Source: a virus
Taxonomy: Duplodnaviria > Caudoviricetes
Virus record (IMG/VR): IMGVR_UViG_3300020190_003755
Span: 1-25,496 of that record
Reading direction: 5' to 3' (one strand)
Length of the DNA stretch: 25,496 nucleotides
Positions 1-9,281 of the stretch are shown one piece after another. A program made the position numbers and the translations under genes. The notes below the pieces were generated by a model that saw only the letters and a program-made list of their open reading frames with translations, was not told where the DNA came from and did no database searches. The first letter of the stretch is position 1. Each line of letters starts with the position of its first letter.

Positions 1-3000
1 AGTACCACAACGTTGACTGCCGATCAGGCAAACTGGGCAGTGTTTGTACCAGGTTTAGAATTTGAAGACAGTTGGAACTCAGCTACCAATTACCAAATAG
101 GTGATTTTGTAACTTATGGTGGTTATGGATATGTGGCCGCAACAAATAATATCAACAAGGCTCCAGTAAGTTATCCTGCAGATTGGAAATTATTTGTCAC
201 AGGATTTAATCTTAGAGGTGATTACAACAACGCTACTGCATACAAAATTGGAGATGTGGTGCGCCTGGGTGGATTCACCTACATAGCAATTACAGATACC
301 ACTGGCAACAGACCACCCAATGTGACCTATTGGGACAAACTTAATGAAGGCATATATTGGAAAGGCAATTGGGCCAATGCTACTCTGTATGACAAAGGTG
401 ATGTGGTGCGTGGCACAACAATTACCACAAACACTTATATTTGTATTCTAGGACACACATCAAACAACGTGGGACCTGCCACAATCACTCAGCCAGACTA
501 TCCACCAGGTGTGGGAGTAGACACAGGCACATACTGGCAATTGTTGTCGGGCGGTGCTGAAAGTTTAGCACTCACCACACAAGGAGATCTTTTGATTTAT
601 GGTCCATCAGGGCCTGTGCGATTGCCTATTGGACTGCCTGGTCAAACACTTTTAGTAAATGCAGCAGGTACTTTACCAGAATGGGGATATTTTGGAAAGA
701 TAAACAACGTTTGGTATGTTGCTCCATCAGGCACTGACCTTCCTGCTCCAGATTATGGATCCACTTTGACTCAACCATGGAAGACCATACAATACGCAGC
801 TAGACAGGTGGAGTATGGGCCATTGTATCCATCAGCAAGAAATTTATTATTGAGAAACAAAGCATTCATTCAGAGAGAAACCATTCAATATATTAATGAC
901 ACATTCCAGGCCAATTGTACAAATACAACTGCTCCTGATCTTATTACCTGCGACAGCACTGCTAATTTAAGAGTGGGCATGACAGTGGAATTCACAGGCA
1001 CCACATTTGGTGGCATCACTACCTCCACCACATATTTTATTATTGCCAGTGGTTTCAGTGCCACACAATTCAAAGTGAGCCTCACTGTTGGCGGTACAGC
1101 CGAGGCTCTATCCACAGCAGCAGGCACAATGGTTGTGAAACTACTGTATGATCAAGTCAAGTGCCAAAGAGATTTGGGGCAGATCATTGATGCAGTGTTG
1201 TGGGATTTGGGACATGGCGGTAATGAAAGATCAAGATTGGCAGCTATCAGTTACTACACTGGCAGCGGCACATATATTCCAGGCACAGAAAGTGAAACAA
1301 GTGCTGCTATTGAATTTGCTAAAACTGTGATTGATTCAGCTATATCTAATGACAACACATACACTGCACTGCAAGGCACAGTACCACAAGTATTTGATGG
1401 AGCCATTTATGAAGAACCACAGGCTCAAGGTATTATTGAAGACCTTATGGACATAATCATAGATGCAATAGATGCTGGTGACATTGATGACGTACCAAGC
1501 GAAATAATTGCTAACAATTGTATTTTTGTTAAAACAGGCATTTATTTTGAATTTTGTCCTATCCGCGTAAGAGAAAGCACAGCCATTGTTGGAGATGAAT
1601 TGAGAAGCACCAACATAAGACCAAGAGGTCCTGTAACCACTGCTGCTGACACACCTTATTCTTTAGCAGGCATTGATAGATTACGCAATATAATTGATGA
1701 CATTATAAGAAATATTGCAATTACTCCAACTGCAGCAGGTTATATCACAGGATTTACCACACCAGCCACGGACGTGAATAGAACTGCAGGCACTTATACT
1801 GACGTGGCCACTTCAACCAGTGGTGCAGGTTCATCAGCCACATTCACTGCTATTGTAGCTGCTGGCGGCGTGATAACTTCATTAGTGGTAGGCAGCAATG
1901 CAGGTTCTAATTATGCTGTGGGCAACACAGTGACCATAGGTGCTGGACTATTGGGTGCTTCCAGCTTGGCAGCATCATTCACAGTCACAGCAGTTGGTTC
2001 TGGCACTGTGGCTCTAGCAGGCGCACAGGATTTAAATGCTCCAACAGGTTCAGTGGCAGCTGCCAATGCAGCAGTGGCAATAGCTGACGACATATATGAC
2101 TGGATAAATTACAAAATAATAGGTGACAGTTCTAGTCCTCTGCCAACAATCAGCGGCAGCAACACTCCAGAGACAGCAGTGGGTTACACAGATGCTGTGT
2201 TAAGATTGATTGAAAATAAAGAATTTTTAGTACAGGAATCCATAGAATATGTAAGAAAAAATAACCCAGGCGCATTTATCACATATTTCAATGCTGCAAA
2301 TAGAGCATTCTGTGAAAGAGATCTTAGAGAATACATAGATGCAATCACGCATGACTTGATATACACAGGTAATTATCGATCAATCGTAGCAGCCAAATAT
2401 TATGAAATTTCAGTGACAGGTAGTACACTATCAGACATGTTCTACATGCGTAACGGCACAGGACTAAGAAACTGCACATTGCAAGGATTGTCTGGCACAC
2501 TAGGCGCAGCAAACGCCTATGGCACACAAAGACCCACAGCTGGAGCTTATGTTTCTTTAGATCCAGGTTGGGGACCAGCGCATGAGGAAGTTTGGATTAC
2601 AAACAAATCACCATATGTGCAGAACGTTTCAACATTTGGCACAGGTTGCGTAGGATTAAAAGTTGACGGCGCTCTTCACAATAGCGGCAATGACTCTGTG
2701 GTTGCAAATGATTTCACACAGATTTTATCAGATGGTATTGGCTTCTGGGTAACTAACCTAGGTAGATCTGAATTAGTTTCTGTATTCACTTATTATAACC
2801 ACATCGGATATCTTGCTGAAAATGGTGGCAAAGTGCGTGCAACCAATGGTAATAATTCATATGGAGATTTTGGATCAGTGTCTGAAGGTGGAGATTCAGC
2901 AGAGACACCAATTGAAGCCACTGTGGACAATCATAGCACTGATGCTGTGGTAGCCAACACATTTACAGATGGTGATAGAATACTAGCTTTAGAATACGGC

Positions 3001-5538
3001 AACGCAGGAGTAAATTACAACACTTCAGCCACAATCACTATATCAGGTGATGGATATGGATTAGCAGGCACAACTGCCACTGTAAAGAACGGATCTGTTT
3101 ATCAGATCAGATTGGATGAAACTGTGGTATCTCCTGAAAGTGATTTTGGAGGAGACGGATATCAATCCAACACCAATGTGGCACAGACCGGCACAGACAA
3201 AACAATTACAATATCCAACACTGATACTTCATTAGCTTCACAATTGCCAGGTATGGCACTATGGATAAAAGAAGGTTTAGGAGCTGGACAGTATGCATAT
3301 GTCGTAGGATATAATGCTGGCACAAAATTAGCTAAAGTTGCAGTGCCATCTTTTACAAATTTAACTGTGACCATTGCCACAGCTTCATCAGACTTATTCA
3401 CTACATCTTCCACAACCAGTCTGCAATTGAACATGCCTATCATGTTCAGCGGTACATCTTTTGGAGGTGTGGTCACAACGCCAACAAACGTCACCATTTA
3501 TTATATTAAAACCATAGCAAGTGCCACAACTTTTAGTATTTCTACTTCGCCAGGAGGTTCAACTTTTGACATCACTGCCGATGATACAGGCACCATGTAT
3601 CTACACAAAGCTGGATACGATCATTTGGTGAAGACCACTGTGACTGCCACCACTACTGGCACCAACCTACTCACATGCGCAAGCACATCAGCTCTGTATG
3701 CAGGTTTAGCGGTGCAATTTGAAGGAAGAACTTTTGGAGGCTTGAGTCCATACACACAGTATTATGTGATAGCTTCAGGACTTACAGCAACACAATTTAG
3801 AGTCAGTACCACTTCAGGTGGAGCTGCAGTGGCATTGTCCACAGCAGGCACAGGTGCACTCACCACAGAAACCACATTCTCAGTCAGCGGTACCAGCATA
3901 GTGGGCGCAGCTACCTACACAGCAGTATCTCAATCGGCCACCAGCGGCACAGGCACAGGAGCCATATTTACTATACAAAAAACAGGCGCACTCACTTCAT
4001 ACTCTTCAGCCAATACCACTGTCACAGTGACCACAGAGGGTTCCGGTTATGTGGTAGGCGACACTATCACCATTCCAGGAGCCAGTTTGGGTGGCGCTAC
4101 TCCGGCCAACAACCTCACACTGACAGTGGCGAGCTATGTGGGCAGCATGATTGTGCAAGGCACAGAAGCATTGCTGGATGGCACCACTACATATGAATAT
4201 GTGCCTAGACTGGTTGTCAGTGCTTCGCCCACAGGTGATACCGCAGTGGCAAGAGCAATAGTGACCACAAACAAAATTAGTTCAATTAGAATCATAAATC
4301 CTGGATCAGGCTACGTGACTGCACCGACTGTAACCATAGTGGATCCAAGCAACACTGTAGAAGCACCATTAAATGTTTTTATCGGCAACGGAGTATTAGC
4401 ACAACCTACTTTTACAAATAGAGGTCTAGCTTTTGTTACAGCAGCCACCACAATCACTGACAATGGCATTCAAAAAACAGTGAGTGGTGTAACCAATGCT
4501 AATCCTGCAGTGGTGACCACGTCAACAGCACACACATTTACCACAGGCAACAAAGTGCAATTTGACAATGTGGCAGGTATTTTTGAATTGAACACAGGTG
4601 TATGGTATTACATCTCAGTGTTGTCAGCAACCACTTTCAGTCTATACATTGATGAAGCATTATCAATTCCTGTCAACTCAACCACATACGGCACTTATAC
4701 TGCATCAGCAGGCACTGTGACCACTTTTGGTGGTTATAGAGATGCACTACAGTCTGGAAAATATATTCAAGTGGAAGGTCTAACTGAAATACCAATAGCA
4801 GGTTCTAACGTAGAATTTGCCAGTGTGGCTGGTGAGTATTACAAATTAGTAAGTGTTCAAAATTTCTTAGGAAGTCAATATCCTTTCACAGCACTGTTGC
4901 AAATAAGTCCAGAATTAAGAGTAAGTGAATCTCCAGCACATGGTGATACAGTCACAATTAGAAGAAGATATTCACAGATACGTCTAACAGGACACGATTT
5001 CTTAGACATAGGCACAGGTAATTTTTCAGAAACCAATTATCCAGGATTGCCTACACAAAATCCTATATCCGCAAATGAAACTGTGGAAAATGGTGGTGGT
5101 AGAGTTTTCTTTACTTCCACTGACCAGGATGGTAATTTTAGAGTTGGCGATCTGTTCTCTGTAGAGCAGAGCACAGGTGTGGCCACACTAAATGCAGACG
5201 CATTTAATATTTCAGGACTACAAGAACTTCAGTTGGGAGAACTAGTACTAGGTGGTACCAGTGCTTCAATCAATGAGTTCTCTACAGATGGTACAATGGC
5301 GGCTAACAGCGACCAAATAGTGCCTACTCAGAGAGCCATTAGAACATATATAGCAAGTCAAATTGGTGGTGGAGCCAGCAGCTTGAATGTGAACCAGATC
5401 ACGGCTGGTCTGATCACCATATATGCTTCTACAATTGAAACCACCACTGGAGTGACAATAAATTTTGGTGCTCCTGTGAATTTCACAAGGGGCGTAACAG
5501 GTGGTCCATTGTCCATGGGCTACTTCTTACAAGGATAA
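1..5538 (+). CDS. Large multidomain virion structural / tail-fibre-like protein, 5'-truncated (>1845 aa)
   Basis: The frame is open back to base 1 (AGT ACC ACA ACG TTG...), so the TTG at 13 is probably not the true start. It has N-terminal W-x3-T-x-Y-x2-GD-x-V repeats (CBM5/12-like), a WYVAPSGTD...PWKTIQYA motif typical of phage beta-helix/fibre proteins, Thr/Gly/Ser-rich beta repeats and an NPAVVTTSTAH FCCH-like module. The C-terminal GHDFLDIGTG...TSTDQDGNFRVG...INEFSTD block resembles T4-like phage virion proteins. Stop is TAA at 5536-5538. Confidence 0.8.
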   Translation, partial: STTTLTADQANWAVFVPGLEFEDSWNSATNYQIGDFVTYGGYGYVAATNNINKAPVSYPADWKLFVTGFNLRGDYNNATAYKIGDVVRLGGFTYIAITDTTGNRPPNVTYWDKLNEGIYWKGNWANATLYDKGDVVRGTTITTNTYICILGHTSNNVGPATITQPDYPPGVGVDTGTYWQLLSGGAESLALTTQGDLLIYGPSGPVRLPIGLPGQTLLVNAAGTLPEWGYFGKINNVWYVAPSGTDLPAPDYGSTLTQPWKTIQYAARQVEYGPLYPSARNLLLRNKAFIQRETIQYINDTFQANCTNTTAPDLITCDSTANLRVGMTVEFTGTTFGGITTSTTYFIIASGFSATQFKVSLTVGGTAEALSTAAGTMVVKLLYDQVKCQRDLGQIIDAVLWDLGHGGNERSRLAAISYYTGSGTYIPGTESETSAAIEFAKTVIDSAISNDNTYTALQGTVPQVFDGAIYEEPQAQGIIEDLMDIIIDAIDAGDIDDVPSEIIANNCIFVKTGIYFEFCPIRVRESTAIVGDELRSTNIRPRGPVTTAADTPYSLAGIDRLRNIIDDIIRNIAITPTAAGYITGFTTPATDVNRTAGTYTDVATSTSGAGSSATFTAIVAAGGVITSLVVGSNAGSNYAVGNTVTIGAGLLGASSLAASFTVTAVGSGTVALAGAQDLNAPTGSVAAANAAVAIADDIYDWINYKIIGDSSSPLPTISGSNTPETAVGYTDAVLRLIENKEFLVQESIEYVRKNNPGAFITYFNAANRAFCERDLREYIDAITHDLIYTGNYRSIVAAKYYEISVTGSTLSDMFYMRNGTGLRNCTLQGLSGTLGAANAYGTQRPTAGAYVSLDPGWGPAHEEVWITNKSPYVQNVSTFGTGCVGLKVDGALHNSGNDSVVANDFTQILSDGIGFWVTNLGRSELVSVFTYYNHIGYLAENGGKVRATNGNNSYGDFGSVSEGGDSAETPIEATVDNHSTDAVVANTFTDGDRILALEYGNAGVNYNTSATITISGDGYGLAGTTATVKNGSVYQIRLDETVVSPESDFGGDGYQSNTNVAQTGTDKTITISNTDTSLASQLPGMALWIKEGLGAGQYAYVVGYNAGTKLAKVAVPSFTNLTVTIATASSDLFTTSSTTSLQLNMPIMFSGTSFGGVVTTPTNVTIYYIKTIASATTFSISTSPGGSTFDITADDTGTMYLHKAGYDHLVKTTVTATTTGTNLLTCASTSALYAGLAVQFEGRTFGGLSPYTQYYVIASGLTATQFRVSTTSGGAAVALSTAGTGALTTETTFSVSGTSIVGAATYTAVSQSATSGTGTGAIFTIQKTGALTSYSSANTTVTVTTEGSGYVVGDTITIPGASLGGATPANNLTLTVASYVGSMIVQGTEALLDGTTTYEYVPRLVVSASPTGDTAVARAIVTTNKISSIRIINPGSGYVTAPTVTIVDPSNTVEAPLNVFIGNGVLAQPTFTNRGLAFVTAATTITDNGIQKTVSGVTNANPAVVTTSTAHTFTTGNKVQFDNVAGIFELNTGVWYYISVLSATTFSLYIDEALSIPVNSTTYGTYTASAGTVTTFGGYRDALQSGKYIQVEGLTEIPIAGSNVEFASVAGEYYKLVSVQNFLGSQYPFTALLQISPELRVSESPAHGDTVTIRRRYSQIRLTGHDFLDIGTGNFSETNYPGLPTQNPISANETVENGGGRVFFTSTDQDGNFRVGDLFSVEQSTGVATLNADAFNISGLQELQLGELVLGGTSASINEFSTDGTMAANSDQIVPTQRAIRTYIASQIGGGASSLNVNQITAGLITIYASTIETTTGVTINFGAPVNFTRGVTGGPLSMGYFLQG
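70..450 (+). repeat. Three CBM5/12-like repeats within the large virion protein
   Basis: The units are WNSATNYQIGDFVTYGGYGYVA, YNNATAYKIGDVVRLGGFTYIA and WANATLYDKGDVVRG...TYIC, each followed by a conserved Trp. More copies probably lie upstream of the window. Boundaries are approximate. Confidence 0.6.
946..3849 (+). repeat. Dispersed ~60-aa beta module, 3 copies (about 946-1125, 3400-3590, 3673-3849)
   Basis: The copies are TCDSTANLRVGMTVEFTGTTFGGI...YFIIASGFSATQFKVSLTVGG, TTSSTTSLQLNMPIMFSGTSFGGV...YYIKTIASATTFSISTSPGG and TCASTSALYAGLAVQFEGRTFGGL...YYVIASGLTATQFRVSTTSGG. Confidence 0.75.
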
Positions 5539-5545
5539 AAATAAA

Positions 5546-5550
5546 AGGAG
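5546..5550 (+). promoter_or_regulatory. Shine-Dalgarno site for the 5557 gene
   Basis: AGGAG lies 6 nt upstream of the ATG at 5557. Confidence 0.75.
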
Positions 5551-5556
5551 AAAAAA

Positions 5557-5877
5557 ATGGCAACAGGAAGATTAGGTTCAAGCGCTCTGGCAGCAGGCAC
5601 ACTCACAACGGTGTACACCTGTCCAGCAGACACTTTTGCTGTTGTGGCTGTTAACTTCTTAAACAGAGGCAATGCTATGCAAGCATTTAGATTGGCTATC
5701 GCTGATGCAGCGACACCACTAAATGGTGAATACATTGAGTATGATGTGGAAGTAAATCCCAAGGGAGTTCTAGAAAGAACTGGTTTGGTATTATCAGCTG
5801 CACAAAAAATAGTGGCATATGCGTCGGGATCAACAGCTAGTTGCGTGGTTTATGGTATTGAAACATCAACACTGTAA
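5557..5877 (+). CDS. Small conserved phage virion-associated protein (106 aa)
   Basis: It has a good SD and ATG. The MATGRLG...TTVYTCP...N.G...YIEYD...LERTGLVL...YGIE pattern resembles small beta-sandwich proteins that follow fibre genes in T4-like phages. Function is not known. Confidence 0.75.
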   Translation: MATGRLGSSALAAGTLTTVYTCPADTFAVVAVNFLNRGNAMQAFRLAIADAATPLNGEYIEYDVEVNPKGVLERTGLVLSAAQKIVAYASGSTASCVVYGIETSTL

Positions 5878-5892
5878 AACTACTAGATTAGC

Positions 5893-5899
5893 ATAAATA
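5893..5899 (+). promoter_or_regulatory. Putative T4-type late promoter (ATAAATA)
   Basis: CATAAATA sits in the 5878-5921 gap, 22 nt before the ATG at 5922, followed by an SD-like AAGGA at 5910-5914. It matches the T4 gp55 late-promoter core TATAAATA. Confidence 0.65.
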
Positions 5900-5921
5900 T
5901 AGTACAAACAAGGACTGAAAC

Positions 5922-6254
5922 ATGGGAAGATATATATCTACAACCGGTACAGCAGGTGTTACGAATCGTTCAGTAACCACAACCTATAGTGCTTTGGTCA
6001 ATGATAGAATATTAGCTAGCTCAGCTGGTGGTGCTTTTACCATCACGTTGCCAGCCACTGCCAGTTTAGTTGAAGGAGACAACATCCAAATTATTGACAT
6101 TGGTGCGTCTTCAGCAAGTAACAACATTACTGTGGCACGAAATGGCAGTTTGATAAATGGGGCGGCTGATAATCTAACAATTGACTTGAATGGTGCAATC
6201 ATCACATTGATTTACACCGGAGCAACTTATGGTTGGGTAGTGGGCGCAGTATAA
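5922..6254 (+). CDS. Stand-alone tail-fibre attachment/adaptor-like domain protein (110 aa)
   Basis: GGAFTITLPA...GDNIQIID...NNITVARNGSLING...LTID...LIY...GW is a module I recognise from T4-like phage fibre/baseplate proteins. It has an SD and an upstream late promoter. Confidence 0.7.
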   Translation: MGRYISTTGTAGVTNRSVTTTYSALVNDRILASSAGGAFTITLPATASLVEGDNIQIIDIGASSASNNITVARNGSLINGAADNLTIDLNGAIITLIYTGATYGWVVGAV

Positions 6255-6290
6255 CACTAGCTATATCAAAGTTAACAAGGAAAAAAAATT

Positions 6291-7274
6291 ATGCCGGCTT
6301 TATCAACATTGATACCGACCAAAAATCCAACGTTCCCACAGATTGTGGAAACGAATATAGAGTCAGGTCGAATCTTCATGTATCAACCAGGTCCAAACTT
6401 CGATGCATTTTATCATGGCATCTGTTTCAAACCTTGTCAGCCAGGCACAGCAATTATAGAAATATGGGGAGCAGGTGGATCTGGAGCACAAATGTGCTGT
6501 TGTGGATTTGGCACTCCAGGAAATCCCGGAGCGTATTCAAGAAACACAGTCAGTCTAACATGTTGCGGTTACATCTGTGGACAAGTAGGTATGGCCTGCA
6601 ACAACTCTTCTGCACTCTGTTTTAGAGGTTGCAGCGATCCCACAGGAGTTACAATTTATCCTAATGGTACATCTGCAGGACAAAGTTGTATGTGTGCTCA
6701 AGGCGGCAGAGGAGGAATTTCTTATTGTTCTACAGGAACCAATGCATACTGTTGTTTTTTATCAGGCGGATTTTATTCTACATTAGGAGTCAACGGCAGT
6801 TGTGGCATAGTCTGCAACAAATGTTGTTCTGGTGGTTGGTGTGCTCAGGCATATGGAGGAGTAGTAAATTGTAATGCAGGTTTCAGTTGCGTAAGTTTTT
6901 TAGGAGCAAGCGGCAGTTCATGTCCGTGTTCCACACATTTTCACATGCAAGGTCCTCCAGGATATTTTGCCAAGTCTGGCGTAATAGTAAGTTACAACTC
7001 AGATGACGGCAATGGTTTTGCCAATTGGTCGGGACAAGGCAGAGGACAATATGTTAATGCACTGTCAGCGGCCAGCAGATGGCCTCAGATGGGCGTGCAA
7101 TTTGCAACCTGTTGGGGCTTTAGCGGCAACTGTGGTTGTTATGAAAATGAAGGTTGTCAAATGTTGTTTCCACCAGGATTCCCATCACCAGGACCACATC
7201 CATGTCCAGGAGTGAGAGATCACGCCAGCAGAGGTGGTAATGGTGCAATCAGAATTAAATTTATAGCGGGTTAA
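6291..7274 (+). CDS. Cys/Gly-rich adhesin-like protein, paralogue 1 (327 aa, 30 Cys)
   Basis: SD AAGGA at 6277-6281. The EIWGAGGSG...GGRGG...GGNGAIRI framework matches phage glycine-rich tail-tip domains, and it carries MCCCG, CMC, CPC, CGCY and PCPxVRDH motifs. Cys counted by hand. Confidence 0.75.
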   Translation: MPALSTLIPTKNPTFPQIVETNIESGRIFMYQPGPNFDAFYHGICFKPCQPGTAIIEIWGAGGSGAQMCCCGFGTPGNPGAYSRNTVSLTCCGYICGQVGMACNNSSALCFRGCSDPTGVTIYPNGTSAGQSCMCAQGGRGGISYCSTGTNAYCCFLSGGFYSTLGVNGSCGIVCNKCCSGGWCAQAYGGVVNCNAGFSCVSFLGASGSSCPCSTHFHMQGPPGYFAKSGVIVSYNSDDGNGFANWSGQGRGQYVNALSAASRWPQMGVQFATCWGFSGNCGCYENEGCQMLFPPGFPSPGPHPCPGVRDHASRGGNGAIRIKFIAG

Positions 7275-7278
7275 TGAT

Positions 7279-8280
7279 ATGCCAAGTTTAAGAACATATT
7301 TAGAAACACAAAGATTAAGTTTTCAATTTCAAGGATTGGAACAAAACACTGAAGAAGGCAGAATCTGGGCATACAATCCTGGCACAACAGTAGGCACCAA
7401 CTTTTGTTGCGGTGTGTGTTGGATTTCGCCAGGCACAGGCACAGCACTGGTAGAGATTTGGGGTGCAGGTGGATCTGGAGCTAAGATGTGTTGTTGTGGA
7501 TATGGACTACCAGGAAATCCTGGAGCATACTCCAGCAGAACATTGAACGTCACAATTGGTTGTTGTATATTTGGCAACGTAGGTATCAGTTGCGGAAACT
7601 CAGACGATTTATGTTACAGAGGCAGATCAGAATCAACAGGAATATGTTGGCAAGGCAATGGTACCAACGGTTGTATGTGTGCAGAAGGTGGTCAAGGTGG
7701 ATTTAGCTACTGTTCAACTTCTACATCTGCCTACTGTTGTTATGCAGCAAACGGTTTTTGTCACACAAGATGTGCTGGAGACAACTGCGCAATTGTGTGC
7801 AACTATAGAGGACCAGGTTGTGCTATCCATCAAGCACAATCATATGGAGGAACCTGCAACATGGCAGGCGGATTCAGCTGTGTAAGTTTCTTTGGCTGTT
7901 ATCCATCATGCCCTTGTGCATTCTGGTATCACATGAGAACTCCACCTAAACAGTATGCAGATTGCGGTGCATGGATCACATATACCAATGACACAGACAA
8001 CGGAATGTACAACTGGAGCGGCGGTTCCATGTATGGTTACATTCACACATTAGGGTTGGCAGCACGAAACCCCACACATGGAGGACACTACACTGCCTGT
8101 TGGACTGGTAATAGATATTGCGGATGTTACAACATGAATGGTTGTATAACTTTTTCACCTCCAGGACATGGTGGTCCACCACCGCATCCTTGTCCAGATG
8201 TGAGAGACCATGCTTATCGTGGAGGACACGGTATTATTAGAATTAAATACATTGGAACAGGATTATTGGGGTTAAACTAA
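7279..8280 (+). CDS. Cys/Gly-rich adhesin-like protein, paralogue 2 (333 aa, 32 Cys)
   Basis: It is colinear with paralogues 1 and 3 (EIWGAGGSGAKMCCCG, CMCAEGGQGG, CPC, CGCY, PCPDVRDH). It starts 4 nt after the previous stop and has a TAATG overlap with the next gene. Confidence 0.75.
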   Translation: MPSLRTYLETQRLSFQFQGLEQNTEEGRIWAYNPGTTVGTNFCCGVCWISPGTGTALVEIWGAGGSGAKMCCCGYGLPGNPGAYSSRTLNVTIGCCIFGNVGISCGNSDDLCYRGRSESTGICWQGNGTNGCMCAEGGQGGFSYCSTSTSAYCCYAANGFCHTRCAGDNCAIVCNYRGPGCAIHQAQSYGGTCNMAGGFSCVSFFGCYPSCPCAFWYHMRTPPKQYADCGAWITYTNDTDNGMYNWSGGSMYGYIHTLGLAARNPTHGGHYTACWTGNRYCGCYNMNGCITFSPPGHGGPPPHPCPDVRDHAYRGGHGIIRIKYIGTGLLGLN

Positions 8281-9242
8281 TGCCAGGATTAAAAAGTATT
8301 ATATCATCTAGAGTACAGTACAGTGTTACTGAAAATAATTTAGAGACCGGCGTAATTTATGCCTTTTGTCCAGGCACCATGTACACACAATACTGCAATG
8401 GATTTTGTTGGAAACCACCAGCCAGTGGCTGTGTGCATTTAGAAATTTGGGGAGCAGGTGGACCAGGAGCACGTATGTGTTGTTGCGGAGGAGGAATTCC
8501 CGGTAATGCAGGTGGTTATGCAAGAAAATCATTTCTAGTGACCACGACAAATTATGTGTGTGGTTGCGTGGGTTTCCCACCTTATGCACACTCATTGTGT
8601 TTTCAAGGTTGCGGTGATCCCAGCACAGTATGTTGGACCAGCACCGATTCCAATGGTTGTATGTGTGCTAGAGGCGGCAAGGGTGGAATATCTTTTTGCA
8701 GCACCAGCACCAGCATGTGGTGTTGTTTTTATGCCAATGGATTTTGTGGCACAGGTCCCATCAACGATCACTGCGGTATCATTTGCAATCAATGTAATGG
8801 AGCTTGGGAAGGACTGGCCTATGGTGGTGACATCAACTGTTGCGGCATTATAGGATGTAGTTCCTTCTTAGGATGTTATCCAACTTGTCCATGTCAGTTC
8901 TATCATCATGCACCAATTCCATCATATATGTTTGCAGACTCCGGTGCACGTATCACTTTCAATACCACTGACGGTGGAATACACACTAGTGGTATGTCAG
9001 GCAGTCAATTGCCAGCTTATTTTTCATCATTGGCAGGTATCAATAAACAGCCTACAAGGGGTTCGTTTAACAGTTATTGTTGGAGATCAGATAGATCCTG
9101 CGGATGTTATGAAATGCAAGGTTGTTCACCATACCTACCAATCGGAGCAGGTGGATTGCCTCCACAACCCTGCCCAGATGTTAGAGATCACGGCATAAGA
9201 GGTGGTTGGGGTGGCATGCGTATCAGATTTGTGGAGAGCTAG
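8280..9242 (+). CDS. Cys/Gly-rich adhesin-like protein, paralogue 3 (320 aa, 32 Cys)
   Basis: It carries EIWGAGGPGARMCCCG, CMCARGGKGG, CPC, CGCY and PCPDVRDH, and is translationally coupled to paralogue 2 through TAATG at 8278-8282. Confidence 0.75.
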   Translation: MPGLKSIISSRVQYSVTENNLETGVIYAFCPGTMYTQYCNGFCWKPPASGCVHLEIWGAGGPGARMCCCGGGIPGNAGGYARKSFLVTTTNYVCGCVGFPPYAHSLCFQGCGDPSTVCWTSTDSNGCMCARGGKGGISFCSTSTSMWCCFYANGFCGTGPINDHCGIICNQCNGAWEGLAYGGDINCCGIIGCSSFLGCYPTCPCQFYHHAPIPSYMFADSGARITFNTTDGGIHTSGMSGSQLPAYFSSLAGINKQPTRGSFNSYCWRSDRSCGCYEMQGCSPYLPIGAGGLPPQPCPDVRDHGIRGGWGGMRIRFVES

Positions 9243-9252
9243 TAGTTTTATG

Positions 9253-9269
9253 ATAAATAAACATAAATA
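9253..9269 (+). promoter_or_regulatory. Tandem putative late promoters (ATAAATA x2)
   Basis: ATAAATA occurs at 9253-9259 and 9263-9269, upstream of the ATG at 9282. Confidence 0.6.
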
Positions 9270-9281
9270 TAATATATAACT

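Noticed and set aside
6252-6290. The 110-aa ORF and Cys-rich paralogue 1 are in the same frame, suggesting readthrough or a fusion, with an A8 run at 6281-6288
   Set aside because: Three in-frame stops (TAA, TAG, TAA) lie between them, and the downstream gene has its own SD (AAGGA).
6450-8530. Nucleotide similarity among the three Cys-rich genes as a possible diversity-generating retroelement TR/VR pair
   Set aside because: Mismatches are not confined to adenines, all copies are coding paralogues, and there is no reverse transcriptase in the window.
6291-9242. Eukaryotic or giant-virus origin suggested by the Cys-rich proteins
   Set aside because: SD sites, ATGA and TAATG coupling, operon packing and the lack of evident signal peptides point to a bacteriophage.
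9247-9267. Short inverted repeats in gaps (TTTATG/CATAAA at 9247-9267; TACTA/TAGTA at 5881-5904) as terminators
   Set aside because: The stems are only 5-6 bp, AT-rich and lack a U-tract, so they are expected by chance.
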